Shown: positions 47,168 through 60,345 of the stretch, in pieces | Numbering within the stretch: position 1 is the stretch's first letter | How the letters are laid out: the number at the start of each line of letters is the position of its first letter | Assembly (NCBI GenBank): GCA_047967505.1 | Contig: CM106538.1 | Source: Dipteris shenzhenensis | Lineage: Eukaryota | Length of the DNA stretch: 64,000 nucleotides | Reading direction: 5' to 3' (one strand) | Made by a program: the position numbers and the translations under genes | The notes under the pieces: generated by a model | What the model saw: the letters and a program-made list of their open reading frames with translations, nothing else | The model's database searches: none | What the model was told of the DNA's origin: nothing

Positions 47168-49341
47168 CCATATGACTACTAGTGGATGCACACATTCACC
47201 TAGCAAGCCCTTGATCACATATATCCCAACATACCTCCCCTCAAGGGTTTTCCTCTTGCTATGTCAAGGATTCATCTAGTCACATAGTTTCTTATGCCAT
47301 CTCATGGTGGTAAACGATAAATCTATGGCTAGGATCTCATGCTAGCAAAGGTGCCCAAGGGTCAAGGTTTACAAAAATGGGATAGACCCCCCCCCAAATG
47401 GTTATCTCTCTTGCATGTACAAGGACTAATCATAAGCCTTTGTGTGGACCTAATTTCTCATGTTTGCAAGAGGTACCATGGGAGCAAACACACATCACAT
47501 GGAAAATATCATATGGTGACCAGAGGTGATTTACAAAATACAAAACACATAACATTCTTTTTGGAGTACTATTCCAGGCAGAGAACCTCAAAAATTGACC
47601 AAGTGATGATAAATACAATTCAAAAGACAAAGTGCTCAAAAGGCAAAGTCTTTACCTTCTACCAGAAAGTTTGATTCCTCATTTGTTGATGGAGTCTTTC
47701 CTTCGGCAATATTTTCTTTGTTGTTGATGCAGCTCTTCTTCACATGAAATGCTTCATTCTCTTGGGATTCATTCCTCTCCTTTTTAGGTAATACTCCATA
47801 GTATGATTGGGTACTCCACAGAAGGCACATATCTTTTTCTTGGTGTTCACCTTGATATATTCACCATTACAAGGCTTTACTCTCATTCTAGGCTTCTTTT
47901 GGAATGCTTTCCTCTGAGATACATAATCAATGTTAGAGGAACAATATGATGAAGGCATATTGGGAAGGTCTAGTCCCTTATAAAGAAGTCTCCTTCTCCA
48001 CAAGTATAATTGTTTGGAGAGATAGTTAGATACCCCAAACTCTTACATAAAGGAAATACAGTGTCTATCGCTTTAAAAAATAGCATTCGAACATATTCAG
48101 ATCATAAATGCATCATGAGCATTTACCAAAACTGTCAAACTATAGGAGTTAAGTGCTCCAAAGGTAAGACTAAAAAATGCCTCAGATCACTTCCAATGGT
48201 CAAACATCCAAAAGACCAAAGATAACTAAGATAATAATGAAACTTTCTAGAACTTAACCATTTTCAATGGTTCACCTTAGAAGCATATATCACTGTTACC
48301 CCCAAATTGAGTAGTTTGAAATTGGAGAGTGCACTTGAAGTTGAAGAGAAAAGATTTGAGAGGGCTTTCAAAGGCAAATGGAAGCTCTTATTGAGGACTA
48401 CTTCCAACAAAGAGGATTGCCAAAACAGCGTGCAACATTGCTCATGACAGTAGCACCTTCTCTGACTAGTATTTTTCTTATTTCTCCTTATTCTAGCAAG
48501 CATTTTAGCTCAAATTTCATGAGCAGCAAGCTCATAGTGTTGCCCATCCATGGCTAAGAGGAATTGGTGAAATATCACATTAGTAGGTGGAATTGATTGA
48601 AAGTTTGGTGAGCAGAGATCATATCGGCACAGGCTGTAGAGAGCATCTCTCTCTAACTGCTTGGTGTCAAAGGTGCACCCAAAGTAGAGGAAACTTCAGC
48701 TCAGAGTGCTCTGGGAATGGTCGCTTAATGGAGGAGAACGGAGCTAAGCAAAATCTGGAGAGAAAGAGGGCAGAAATGAAGAAGAAGATGGAGGGTGGAG
48801 AAGAAGATGATGAGGTGTCATATTGAAGCTACAATGGGCTAGGGACTCAAGGAGGCTCTGATACCAAATGTTGGAACTTGGGTAGAGAGGAGAGCTTCAT
48901 CATGGATGTAGTGAGAACACATGAGATATTCAAATGGATGTTCTATTCATTGTGAGAGGGAAGTCCCTCTTTTATAGAAACGGAGAGAGGGTGTCCTAAA
49001 TCAATGGCACCTCTCCTACATCAATGGAGGTAGCTCCTAAATCATAGGAACTCCACAATCATAAGCACCACCCCATGTGGGGGCCTTTGCATTACATCAT
49101 CACTTGTGTCATGGTCTATGGCACTAAGTGTGCCTCTTCTACACACACACACACAACCATATGACTCCTAGTGGATGCACACATGCACCTAGCAAGCCCT
49201 TGATCACATATATCCCAACAAACAGTAGGTATTTTTGAAGATGAAAACTTATACGCGATCCACACCAAAGGAGTAACAGTGATGGACAAGGATCTTGCAC
49301 TCGCCAAGCGCATCCGCTCTGATCCCTTCCTTAGGGCATAG
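45878..49341 (+). pseudogene. Histone H3-like gene with long N-terminal tail, split by an LTR element
   Basis: MARVKQTAK at 45878; KKSGVKALQEIPKFQTIVDNFIPCVPFQR at ~46690; QQYKDDVGFTLGTMGAIQEEMEQMT | insertion | [39 protein letters not shown] (49222-49341). Confidence 0.9.
46855..49220 (-). mobile_element. Small non-autonomous LTR retrotransposon (LTRs 46855-47231 and 48869-49220)
   Basis: Very similar LTRs; PBS at 48855-48866; polypurine tract at 47232-47244; TSD GACAG/AACAG; only gag-like remnants (CAFCGVPNH). Confidence 0.9.
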
Positions 49342-49503
49342 ATGTTCTGCTTAGGTTCACTTGGTGTAATTTGAATCATTTTGTAAATCTCTACCCTTTG
49401 AGGCCAATTAATGAAAGATATTTTTATGTTCTATTACTATTCCCATTCCATCACTGTATGCAAGTTCAATGTAAATTTGAGTGGTTAGATGAAGTTTTTT
49501 CGA

Positions 49504-49682
49504 TGTGGCGTAGAAGGCAAAAGTGCTTAGCATCGTGCGGAAATCCTAGAAATGCAAAAACTTGCCATGGTGCATATGGATCTTGTTTGAGTTGGTCAAA
49601 CAAGCTCCATACACCCCATGGCAAGTTTTTTCATTTTTGGGCTTCCCGTGCGATGCTGAGCACTTTTGCCTTCTACACCACA
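49504..49682. repeat. ~179-bp hairpin between the H3-like gene and ORF3 (copy 2)
   Basis: Arms TGTGGCGTAGAAGGCAAAAGTGCT...CTTGTTTGA-GTTGG-TCAAACAAG...AGCACTTTTGCCTTCTACACCACA. Confidence 0.92.
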
Positions 49683-49909
49683 GTGAGATTCTTACTAGAT
49701 TGCTAAAAAATGACCATTATAGTGCAAAGAGTTATCTAATAGCATGCTTTTGAATAGAATAATGAATGAAAATATTAATACCAACAAAAATTAAAGCTAC
49801 ACAATACAATGACAACATAAAATAAATGTTGTCAAAGAATGTCAAATGGAACACTATAGAAAAAGTATATCTGTATTCCTATAAAATAAAAGTTATGTAC
49901 AATAAGGCT

Positions 49910-50510
49910 TCACAGCCTGTGTTTCTTCTCTCTTGCATCTAAAACATTGAGAATATTGGGCTTTGAATTCCCAAATAGGTGCCTAGGTCTAAACCTAGTC
50001 GATAGAGCACCAAGGCGCTTGTCTTGCTGCCAGGGGCATGGTCGCTGCCATCAATGCCATAGCTTGAAAATTCATTCCAAAAGCATTGAGGGTAGCAATG
50101 CAATTCACCAAAATGACCTTGTCAGCATTCTGATTGATGTTAGCATGACCAATCACCCATGACAAGGCCTTGCACTTCAAGAGGTCCTCTGTGCCTCGTG
50201 GCAAAATCTTTTTGTGAATAACCACAAAGCGCCCTTCTGCTTGGCCGAGGTAATGTGCAAGTGAGTGATCTCGAGCGAAGATACCGTGAACAAGGCATGT
50301 TGAGATAAGAAGAGGTCGACCTCAAATGCCTTCTGCAATAATCCAACATTATATTAAAAGGCCAATAAAGCAAAATTATACCAAGAGAGAATAATTTCAA
50401 AACTCATAGTTTCTTACTAATATGGAGTCGTCAGGATTGATCCCTTCCTCTTTGTCTTTAGAGCCAAATGTAAACTTCATGGCCATGCCCACATCCTTTG
50501 CAATCTTATC
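49910..50510 (-). pseudogene. ORF3 homolog (copy 2)
   Basis: LLQKAFEVD...DHSLAHYLG...LKCKALS...NADKVILV...NAFGMN. Stop codon in the same AAGGCTTCACA context as copy 1. Confidence 0.8.
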
Positions 50511-50511
50511 C

Positions 50512-52245
50512 TTGTATGATTACAATCTTCTTTTAGAGATCTCAATAACGGAAGACAAATGGAAAAATGGTGAGAGGGGGAAAGCACACAAGAGAGAGTG
50601 GACACTCGTTTGGTGGGTGTAGAACACCCTAATCTTCTATGTTATCCATATATATATGTATTTGAGTATTGTACATAGCCGGGGTTAAGGCACAGTGGCC
50701 TTTAACCCCCACAACCTCCCACTTAAAGGACAATGAGAGGCCTATGTGCCTTTAAAGGAGAACAACCAATGGACATGTACTATCCAATGCCCATCAATTG
50801 ATGCACGACAATACTCAAACCATTGACTAGGTAGACTCTTCGTCATCATATCTACAGGGTTATCGTCTGTATGAACATTGAAAAGCTCTATGTGCTTGTC
50901 CTCAAGTACCTCCCTGATGAAATGGTACCTGACCTCAGTGTGTTTGGTCTTTCCATGAAAGACCGAATTTTGTGCTAGCTGAATTTAGCACTCATGGAAT
51001 CACTATGCAATGTTGGTACACCTGTATAAATCCGCAAATCTCCTAGTAGCCAATCAAGCCATATAGCCTCCTTGGAACCCTCTATAGGTGCAACATACTC
51101 AGCCTCTGTGTGTGGTAGACAAAGCAATGCACGTCTATGCATGAGACATCCACGACACTGCACCACCTGCAAAGGTGAACATGTCATAACCAGAAGTGGA
51201 TCTCTTGCTAACCACATGCCTGCATAGTCTGAATCTTGGTACCAAAGTGCATGCATCTCTCCTCTGCTTGTGCGCTCGTGATCCAAGTTGAGAGCTCCAC
51301 CAGTAGCGTTGCCAATCGTCTTCACCAAGATCCGCAATACCAACTTTACGATGCTATCAATATGTGAGAGAACCTTCTTGATGCTTAGTGACAAGAGCTT
51401 TACGGCTTTTGGATGCAGCCTAATATGACGTTGCTGGAGTAGAAGAGCTTGCAAAAATCAGCTTGAAGAAAGCTATCTGTTTGCTCGAGATATGATGGAA
51501 ATAGTGCGGAAATAAGAGGGGTAGAAGAGGACTAGAGGCTTGATAAGTTGTTGAAGGCTTGATAACTTATCAAATAAGCTCTCCTTCTCTTATCAATGAA
51601 AAGAAATTATCCCTTGATAAGCGTTGTTGAACCTGCTCATCTGCTCCACCATAGCTCAAACAAACCGAAGAATGCATTTGGAGGGTTTGAATACTCTATA
51701 GCCACCTTTGGAGACCAATTCGTTGCCGAATTTTTTTGGGCTAAATCTCCTTCTTATCAAGTGGCCATTTGTGACAGGAAGAGTAACTTGTAGCGAATTT
51801 CTTCCAAGGGCCGTCTTTACTCGTTTGAAGAGGCTTGTAGGGAAGCTTTGAAAGAAAGGCTTATGGACTAGATCAAGGGATAGAGGAGAATGGCGAAGCA
51901 AGAGGAGAGAGGCGGCCCGTCACATGTAGCAATTCGTGACAGAGACGAAGGTCTCTGTTTTTTTTTTCAAGAGAAAGAGAACCTTAGTCAAAGAGATAAG
52001 GCCCTCCAAAAATTTGACTCCCAAATACCACTCTCAAAGTACTATTTGAAGCTCCCTTTTCAAAATCTGAGTCGATGGCTCCTGTAGCTCTCTTCCCAAC
52101 AATTTTATTGAGAAGTACCTCTCAATCTCAAGTTCTTGTGGAGCATAGCAAGAGCTCTGATACCACTAAAATGTGAATAGCAATTCTAACACATACAATA
52201 GCACCAACAATTGAATATACACGGAAGCTCATGAAAAGACAAGAG
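50512..52245 (-). mobile_element. Deleted Copia element (LTR ~50512-50712, RNase H remnant, PBS ~52155)
   Basis: YQDSDYAG, TEAEYVA..EGSKEAIWL, VFHGKTKHTEVRYHFIRE, NPVDMMTK; GCTCTGATACCA. Confidence 0.8.
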
Positions 52246-52249
52246 GATT

Positions 52250-55200
52250 GAGCCTACTTTAAGAGCCCCTAGTAGAGCAAGAATCTGCATCGGAGACCGA
52301 TGACCCAGACTCAGAATTATGGTCCTTGTCCCCCCTCATTATTGATGGAGAAGAGTACGTATTCCTCCATGACATAGAGATTCTTTTTGGACTATGAGAG
52401 CATATTGTGGTCAAAATAAGCAATATATTTATTTCATATTTGTATACAATTACACCATAGCTTCTATTGGTGGTTGGACCCATCTGCTCCCTTCTCTCAC
52501 TCTAGCTTGCAATCAATGTGCGACTCCTCGACTCCCTATGGATGCTTTCCAAGCACTATGCCTTCTATTTTTTGATACCATTTGAACTGCTTTTGCAAGT
52601 TTTGATGCCTTTGCTTTTTCAGACTTTAAAGTCCTTCCTAGTAAACATCTAAAAAACCAGTCAAACATCTCATGCAATGCATTGCTGCAAGTGACACCCC
52701 ACCATGCCTTGAGTTCTTGAAGTAGGCTTCCTTGGCTCTATAATGCGACTTCTCCATGCCTTGTGTATTCCAAATGGACAAAGGACCCCAATTTTGTACA
52801 AACCATGGTATGTGTGCATAGAGAATATGCTGCAAACATGATGAGAATCATTTCAGCAGCAAAAACTGTTTATAAAGCAAGTGCTAAATATTACGATGGT
52901 GCCAATATTACCATGTAATGCATAATGTGTGACTCCCCCCATGCTTTCACCATTAATTGCATAAACTCTTTCACAGCCATCCTGAACCTTTCATAATACA
53001 TCTCATCGATTTGAACCTAGTGAAGCATTCAACATTGTCTATGTTCTTTTTGGTATCGTAGCCGTGGTAAACTTGTGAGGGTGGCTTTCTTTGTTCTCAT
53101 AGATTCTCTGAAGTTTGTGATATTGTACAACCTCCATGACTACATCAGTGGGCAAACAAAACAACCTCCTCTATGATTTGGCTCTTTTTGGCATGCATCC
53201 ATTGTTTTGAAATGAGGCTAGAGAATCCACTCTTAGTTGATAACAATTATAAATGCATTGGTGGCTTAGCATAATGATTCAATGAAAGATATCTTGATGA
53301 ATATAGATTGTGAATTGAGTAATTCAAATAAAAAATGGAGTGTTAGAGACAATTAGAAAAAATGATCCGAGATGTAGAGTCTATGTAGCTTTGTGCACCT
53401 AACTTGAGAGAGTACACATATGTACTTTACACACAGAACTGCGCGTACTTAATAAGAAGTTGTATTTGCATCTTGTTTATGCTTGGAATTTAATTCTGTA
53501 AGAAGTATCCGCATGGTGCATTACAGAAGCTGAGAAGTTGCTGTCAGAGATGGGATTCCATGGAGGACATGTCAAACTTAAGGAGGATAAGAAAATGTCT
53601 GGGGCAACAGAGAATCTTCCTACAAAAGTGTCCATGGGTGGAGGGAAGGCAAGGAGATTCCTATCGAACCACAATCTCGACAAAGATAAACATACATTAT
53701 CTCAAAGTAGTTTGGGTTGGGAATACTGGAAAGCATTGTGTGAATGCACGACCAATAAGGCTTCTCATCCTCAAGTAGCAACTTTGAGAGCTAAAGTTGG
53801 ACAAAGGTAGATGCATTGATAAGTGGGATGGGTAAGATGGGATCCCACTTTGGATCCTTCTTATCGAGATTGGGAGCTTGCATTTGACTACAAGATAAAA
53901 TGCCATTCTCCCATTGTAAGTCACCCTTTTGCTTACACTGCGAATACATGCAATAAAGGCATGTGTTCATTGCATTTGCCCCTGTATCACAAGCATGCAA
54001 GCACTTGAGGGTTTTCAAATCACCAACAAGATGCCATTCAACTTGAAAGGTTCCATGGCCATCGACTGTCAATGTTTGCCCTTCCTCTTGTCTTCGGATC
54101 GTCAATGGGATTCCTGTTCTATCTAGAACCCACTTCAATGTCTCATGGCACTCTTTCAGAGTCTCAAATGCTGCAAGCCACCATATATCTTTCTCTGATT
54201 GCACTGAGAAATCTTGCTCTACTTCTTCATTCCCTTGAACAAAGACTAAGGCTTTATTCATAATGCAAATGCTGACTCTCTCTAACTTGTGTTCTTTCAC
54301 CAATTATGCTTCATCCATTTTGATGACAAATATGAGCTTTCCATTACAATCTGTACAACAAAAGAGAGAAACCGTTAGGATAAACATGATATAGGAAATG
54401 AACTAAGTAAAGTGCAATGCTATAATGGATTTCCTCTTACCATCCTCTCTCATGCCATAGAATTTGACCATTGCTTGTTGCAGTTTCTCAACATCTAAGT
54501 AGACAATCTAAGTAGACATTGTTGAAAGCATTCATCTCAAAGGTTTGCAAGCCAGATTTCTTTTTACTCTTCCAAGTCATTGTGCCCCTTACGCAATGGG
54601 ACCCTCCAAGTATTTCTCTTGCACATTGGTTTGTTTATTACCGTGCACATCTCACAGACTAAGGTATGGATAGGGGCACTATAGGCTTCTTATACTTTCC
54701 TAAAATTGCAGACTTGAAAATGTTGAAAATAGATGTGTAAGCTTCACGACTTGCACTAACAATATCACAAGCTGCAAGCATCTCCTTTGCATCCATGATA
54801 TCCTTAAAGTCCATACCTCTTCAGCAACTTGCACACGTAGGCGCTTATGTCTTGGGTCCCTTAGTATCCTCATGACATCGCTTGACTTCAATAAACTAGC
54901 TAGAGCATATGAACAGTCAATATCATCCCCGTCCGTTCTTCCCATTACATCTTCCATGAAGTTCCTAAAGAAGAACACAATAAAAACTTAGTCACAAACA
55001 ATGTAGCATAAAAGAGGTTTATCTCATTAGAACATTTGATAACCAACCTTGTAGCTCGGACTCTTCTCTTTCTAGCACCACCAGTGGGTGCCAATGCATC
55101 CATGTTATGTAAGTACCTTCTTTTCCTCTCCTTCAATTTCAAAGGTGTTTCTTTGATCTTTTGCACTCGTTCTTCTGCCCTCTCTCGTTCCTTCTCTACG

Positions 55201-56468
55201 ACTCGTCGAACTTGATTGTATATAGATCTTTCCAAGCCTTTTTTGGACTCAGCTAGCTTACAGAGTGACTCTTCTAATTTATGTCGCTCCAAGTCCAATG
55301 CATTTTGCTCCAAGTCCAATGCTTTGGCTTTATCATGAAGATCATGGTTCTTCCTTTGAAGATCCTGCATAGAGTTATGCATTGCAACAATGGTACTATT
55401 TCCTAAATGTTCTAGCATCTCTGCTTGGGCTCTACGCATCTCGCTTGCTTGCATAGCCATTGACTGAGCATTGTTTAACCGATTGCAATAACCAAGCAAC
55501 CCCGCATGTCCATTTGCAATGAACCGAACTAGTTCATGCATTGTATGGAAAGGAGGGCTCTTTTGGTTGGCAGGATATAAAGGATACAAGGATCCTTCTA
55601 CCCAAAGGTCGAGATGCTTCTTTCCTCGCGAACGAAGACTTTGGATTTTGGAAGCTTCCCTCAATCCTAGACTACGTGTGCTTGCATATTCAGCCTCCAA
55701 CTCTAAGTGAACCTGGTACTTGGAGACATCCTCGAATGGTGCCATGACTAAAGGAGTGTAGAGAAGGAGAAGGTGTCGAGATGCAAGCTTGAAGGAGCAG
55801 CACGCAAGAAGAGGGAGAGCGAGAAGGAGGAGGAATGAGGAAGGGAGGACCAATAGTTGAAGAGGAGGAAAGGGGGGCGGACCAGCAGATGTGGAGGGTG
55901 AGGAGGAGTAGGTGTGGAGGAGGAGGAAGGGAGGAGGGAGGAGCAGGAGGGAGGGGGGAGAAGGAGCAGGAGGGAGGGGAGAGGAGGAGGGAGGGGGAGG
56001 GGAGGAGGAGTGGGCGTGGAGGAGGGAGGGAGGGAGGGAGAGGGCAGGAGGAGCAAGCATAGAGAAGAGAGGAAGGGAGGGGAAGAAGCAGGAAGGGGGA
56101 GGAGGGAGTGAGGAGAGGGGACGAGGAGGGGAGGAGAGGGGAGGGGGAGGGGGGAGGGAGGAAGGGGGAGGAGGAGGGAGGGGGAGGAGGGAGTGAGGAG
56201 GAGGAGTGAGGGAGGGGAAGGGAGGAGGGGGAGGGAGGAGAGAGAAGGAGGGAGGGAATTCAAAATCCGAATTTTAAATTTTGAATTTTTTGGTTCCCAC
56301 CTAGAAGTAAGAGTTGTGTAAGAGGTGGGATCACTTTTGGGCTTAACCCACCAAAGTGAGAGGGGGTTAGGACTTTTTAGGACCTACTATGGCCCTTTCA
56401 TTAGGACTAATGCATTTCTTAAGCCATTCCTTATGAGGCCCTTTTAAGACCGCAATTCTTCCCTAATG
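52250..56468 (-). mobile_element. Copy 3 of the RAG-like transposon (close to copy 1, inverted; H3 and most of ORF3 deleted)
   Basis: Left end at 56468 (reverse complement CATTAGGGAAGAATTGCGGTCTTAAAAGGGCCTC). Colinear with 30569-33950. ORF3 fragment at 52250-52395. Confidence 0.88.
52450..55745 (-). pseudogene. RAG1/Transib/Chapaev-like transposase, copy 3 (disrupted, internal inversion)
   Basis: Open exon 1 (MAPFEDVSKY...coiled coil...RKRRVRATR); WHLVGDLKTLKCLHACDTGANAMNTCLYC; ITHYM|HILYAH; GPLSIWNTQGMEKSH. Confidence 0.85.
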
Positions 56469-57574
56469 CCAAACTTACATGTCAAAAGTGGAAGGCTTTT
56501 AAGCACTCTCCCTTATCCAAAAATGTAATGACCCTTGGCCATTTAATATATTACATAGCACTAACACAAAACCATGACATTCATCCTTTATTCCCTTGAG
56601 CTTGTTTACTCCCATTCATCCATGTCATTTCATGTACTCAATAAACCAATCCACTATTAGTCAAATACTTAGCACAATGATATACACCAAATGATTAGCC
56701 AATAATGCTAAGTAATGGTCTTTACAATCAACTATCCATTAATTTGAGTATTTCTAAATGACATCACCCATGATACTTTATTAATGGCACACGTTTAGTT
56801 AGGCGTCTCTGACTAAACCAAAGTATTAAATAGAACCCCTGCCATGTCTAGTGCAAGTCTATGAATACTTTGTCATTTCGAACAAGAGCTTTGAGAAATA
56901 CGTTCTTGTAACATTAGCATATGAGCTCGAGGTCGTATGAGCCGTGTAGTGTGTTGGCCAGGTCGCTCTATGGGAGGTGCTGGTACCATCGGGTATTACT
57001 ACAGCTAGCTTTGGGGAACATTTGTAGGTTAATGGAGGAGTTTCTAAAGCTCTCTGTTGATGGAGTTGAGCTGCACCTGGGTGAGGTTTGGCCACAGCTG
57101 GACATGGTCGTCGCTAAAGGAGATGGAGAGGACAATACAGACAATGGTAGCCATAGCTATAATCCTTCACTTGTTGATGAAACTAGCATTGAAGCTCACA
57201 ATAAGTTCCCAAAGAAAAACTAGACACAGTTGCTTTGCTTGACCTCTCTATCGAAAAAGAAGAAAACGAACCTTACACCTCTCAAAATACCTTACCGAAG
57301 GAAAGGACCTCAATCTTGCAATGTTATTCGTACTCACAGAGACCTAGGAATGAACATTACAAACTCTCACAAAACTAGAGAAAAAAAATAAACTCTCTTA
57401 AGTGGAAAACTAAATAACTCTCTTTAGACAAAAACTCTCTAAGAACTCTCAAAAGCTCTCAAACTTGCAAGACCATGAAGATGGAAGGAACTCTCTCTCT
57501 CTCTCTCTCTCTCTGAAGATCTCTCGTAATCTCTCAAGAAAACCGACATGGAAAATGCCTCAAGGGAAATTAGG

Positions 57575-58027
57575 TAAGGGTGGATGGGATACCCAACTTC
57601 ATCATGTGCTGTGGGCATATCGAACTGCTTACAAGGTCACCACAAATCTTATACCCTTTTGTATGGCCTTCAATTTGGAAGCAGTTGTTCCCTTAGAATT
57701 CATTATTCCAAGCCTTTGTATTGCTACCAAGCTTCACTTCGATGAGTCAAAAGCAATCAAGGGATGATTGCATCAGCTAAGCCACCTAGATGACTTATGC
57801 CTCTGAGCAGCCTGGTCACAACAAGTGATATAATGTAGGAGAAAGGCATGGCATGGTAGGCACATTGTGCCTAAGCATTTGAACAAGGATATGCTCTTCT
57901 TATTCTACAATGCTAAGTTGGGCCCTCTCAAAATAAATTTCAAATTGGGAAGAAATAGTCCCTACCGATTAGGTGAAGTCTATCCTAATGAGACAGTTCA
58001 ACTAGAAGATTTGTAAGGGAATGTATT
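57575..58027 (+). mobile_element. Gypsy (non-chromovirus) integrase C-terminal fragment
   Basis: WDTQLHHVLWAYRTAYKVTTNLIPF...EAVVPLEF...RKAWH. Confidence 0.85.
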
Positions 58028-60006
58028 TGTAAGAAATCGGAAGCCTTGATTCACTCACGAAACTTATGCATGTAAATCAAATTCCACTTTCCCAATGTCT
58101 CCACTCACAAACTCTAATATGACAAAATGCCTGCTACATAAAATAACAAGGCTTTACAAACGATATCAATTTGCAGCAGATTGGATTTTCACAAATCTTC
58201 ATTCAACTAATCATGCTTCAGAAAGAGATAATGACACAATAAATGGATCAAGAGATTTCTTACTGATCTTGATTGAAAAATTCATAACACGAACTAACAC
58301 AAAAATAAATTGCCTCATTGCTACTATGCTTGTTGGCTTACAAGAGGACCTGAATCTCTATGGAGCCTAAAGCACACCAGTTGCATGACTACTAATTCTA
58401 TAGACTTGACAAGGGCTCGCCACCGACTCTCATCAAAGCTCTCACCACGAGTTGATCTCTAGACAAAGTGTGAGAACTAGATGCATTGAGCCCATAGGTA
58501 TAGATGCATCAAACCGCCACAAAGAATTTTGCCATAACTTCGAGAATCCACCATACTTGATTGGGCCACCATGTCTTTCTATCTACGAATTCCTGCCACA
58601 TGTGATTGCATGCTCGATCCCCTTTGAACCTTAGAACTTTAATTACAAACCCCAAGAAGATTATTCAAACATCCTCCTTAATCTGAAAGGGGACTAGAAC
58701 TTTTGTTGAAGAAAAAAAACCATCCGAATAATGTAGAAGAGCAAAAACAACGGCTACGCACACACGGCTGAACGAATCATAAACAAGATGAATGATGAAA
58801 ATCATTCATAAGGCCTGCCCGAGATTAAAAAAGAAGACGAATTGAATGTGCAACATGGAAAAGGGGGCAGAAAGCTGAGAGAGAGAGAGAGAGGGAGAGA
58901 GGGAGAAAGATAGAGAGAGAGGATTTCAAGGGAAGCAAGTGGCACTAATCCGAAGCGTTGGTGTGGCTCCACGTGGCGCGAATCCCAAGCGCCGAATCCC
59001 AAAAAAAATAAGCTTTTGCAATGCCCATCGACTTCACTTAAGCCTCCACATATGGCAAGCCAAAAACATCTCAATAATGTAAAAGAACACCTAACCAGGT
59101 CACCCACACAGGGCAAGACTCACAGAAAAGATCTGATATTCGAAATTGCCAATTGTCTCTTCTTCATCTTCATTCGGACCTAAAGAAAGATTGCTCAAAG
59201 AGAGGCAAATACCATTAGCTGCAAAAGGGCCAAATAGTTTGAAAACTCTAATAAAATCTGTCTGCAACCATCAAAAAATCTAGTCACAATCGGCTCTTTC
59301 AATAAGAGCAACGGATTGCCTTCAGTACTACATTGTAGCACCTCTAAACAAAGAGGGGACGAGCTACAGTCTAAAAACCATAGGCATCCATCACTCTTCT
59401 GCTACGCAAACTAAATTGCCACTGCTTCATTTTGCTGAAACTCAAAATCATGAAGTTCTTGTTTTCATATCATGCAATTTGTAGATTTAATTCACAGGTG
59501 CAATTCTTCTATCACAAATTCTCTAGAATCATATGCTGAAATCCTTACGATGGCGCTCAAACCAACCTCAAAGAACTCGTTAGATCTTTACGACGAGACC
59601 AAAAAACTGCTTCCATGCGGACTGTAGAGAACGCCTTTCAACTGGCAAACTTCTTGTCAGTACAAAAAGCGTAAACACCCTCTAGCGGCTCTATATCAAA
59701 GAGTATAAGCTTGGATATATACTTCAAAGAAGATAACCTTCCAAACCTTGAAGAGCTATCCACAATTTCTAGAGTTTCTTCAGTGAATCCGATGAATGGC
59801 TGTGACAAATTTCTTCAAAATCTTCTACAAAGACCACGATCAGCATCTCAATCTCACAAACTGCTCCCTCAAAAGATCCGTTCTGATACCAATTGTAAGA
59901 AATCTGGAGCCTTGATTCATTCACAAAACTTATGCATGTAAACCAAATTCCACTTTCAAAATCTCTCCACTGACAAACTCTGATATGACAAAATGCCTAC
60001 TGCATT
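58028..60006 (-). mobile_element. Non-coding LTR element remnant (LTR-like direct repeats starting at 58028 and 59894)
   Basis: ~110-bp direct repeat TGTAAGAAATC...GACAAAATGCCT. Minus-strand PBS TCTGATACCA at 59882. Confidence 0.75.
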
Positions 60007-60009
60007 TTT

Positions 60010-60345
60010 TTGGAATGTCATGATATTCTGATTCTAGGTACCCGAGAATTCCAAAGATGTATGTAATTGTGAAAAGGCGGTTCTTTTGGTTTGGAATAAA
60101 CAAGGACATCTACGGGCTCAATCTTATATCCTTTAGAGATCCCATCTGGCAATTAGGAAAGCAACTTCGTGTATTTTATTGTTGCATTGCGTACAACACA
60201 CAGAGGGCATGGATTTTATTGTTGGATTACCTACGACACGGAGAGGGCATGGATTTTATTGTTGGATTACCTACGACACGGAGAGGGCATGACTCTATGT
60301 AGGTTATTGTGCATCAATTGACCAAGATGACATGTTTATAGATTG
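60010..60345 (+). mobile_element. Gypsy integrase fragment with a 40-bp tandem duplication
   Basis: KRRFFWFGINKDI; MDFIVGLPTTRRGHDS; duplicated unit at 60202-60291. Confidence 0.75.

Larger units (their letters stand above)
44849..50510 (+). mobile_element. Copy 2 (diverged subfamily) of the RAG-like/H3 transposon, internally deleted, with an LTR insertion
   Basis: Left end CATTAGGGGAGAATCGGGGTCTCAAAAGGGCCTC, then transposase 3' part, H3-like gene, hairpin and ORF3 in the same order as copy 1. Confidence 0.85.
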
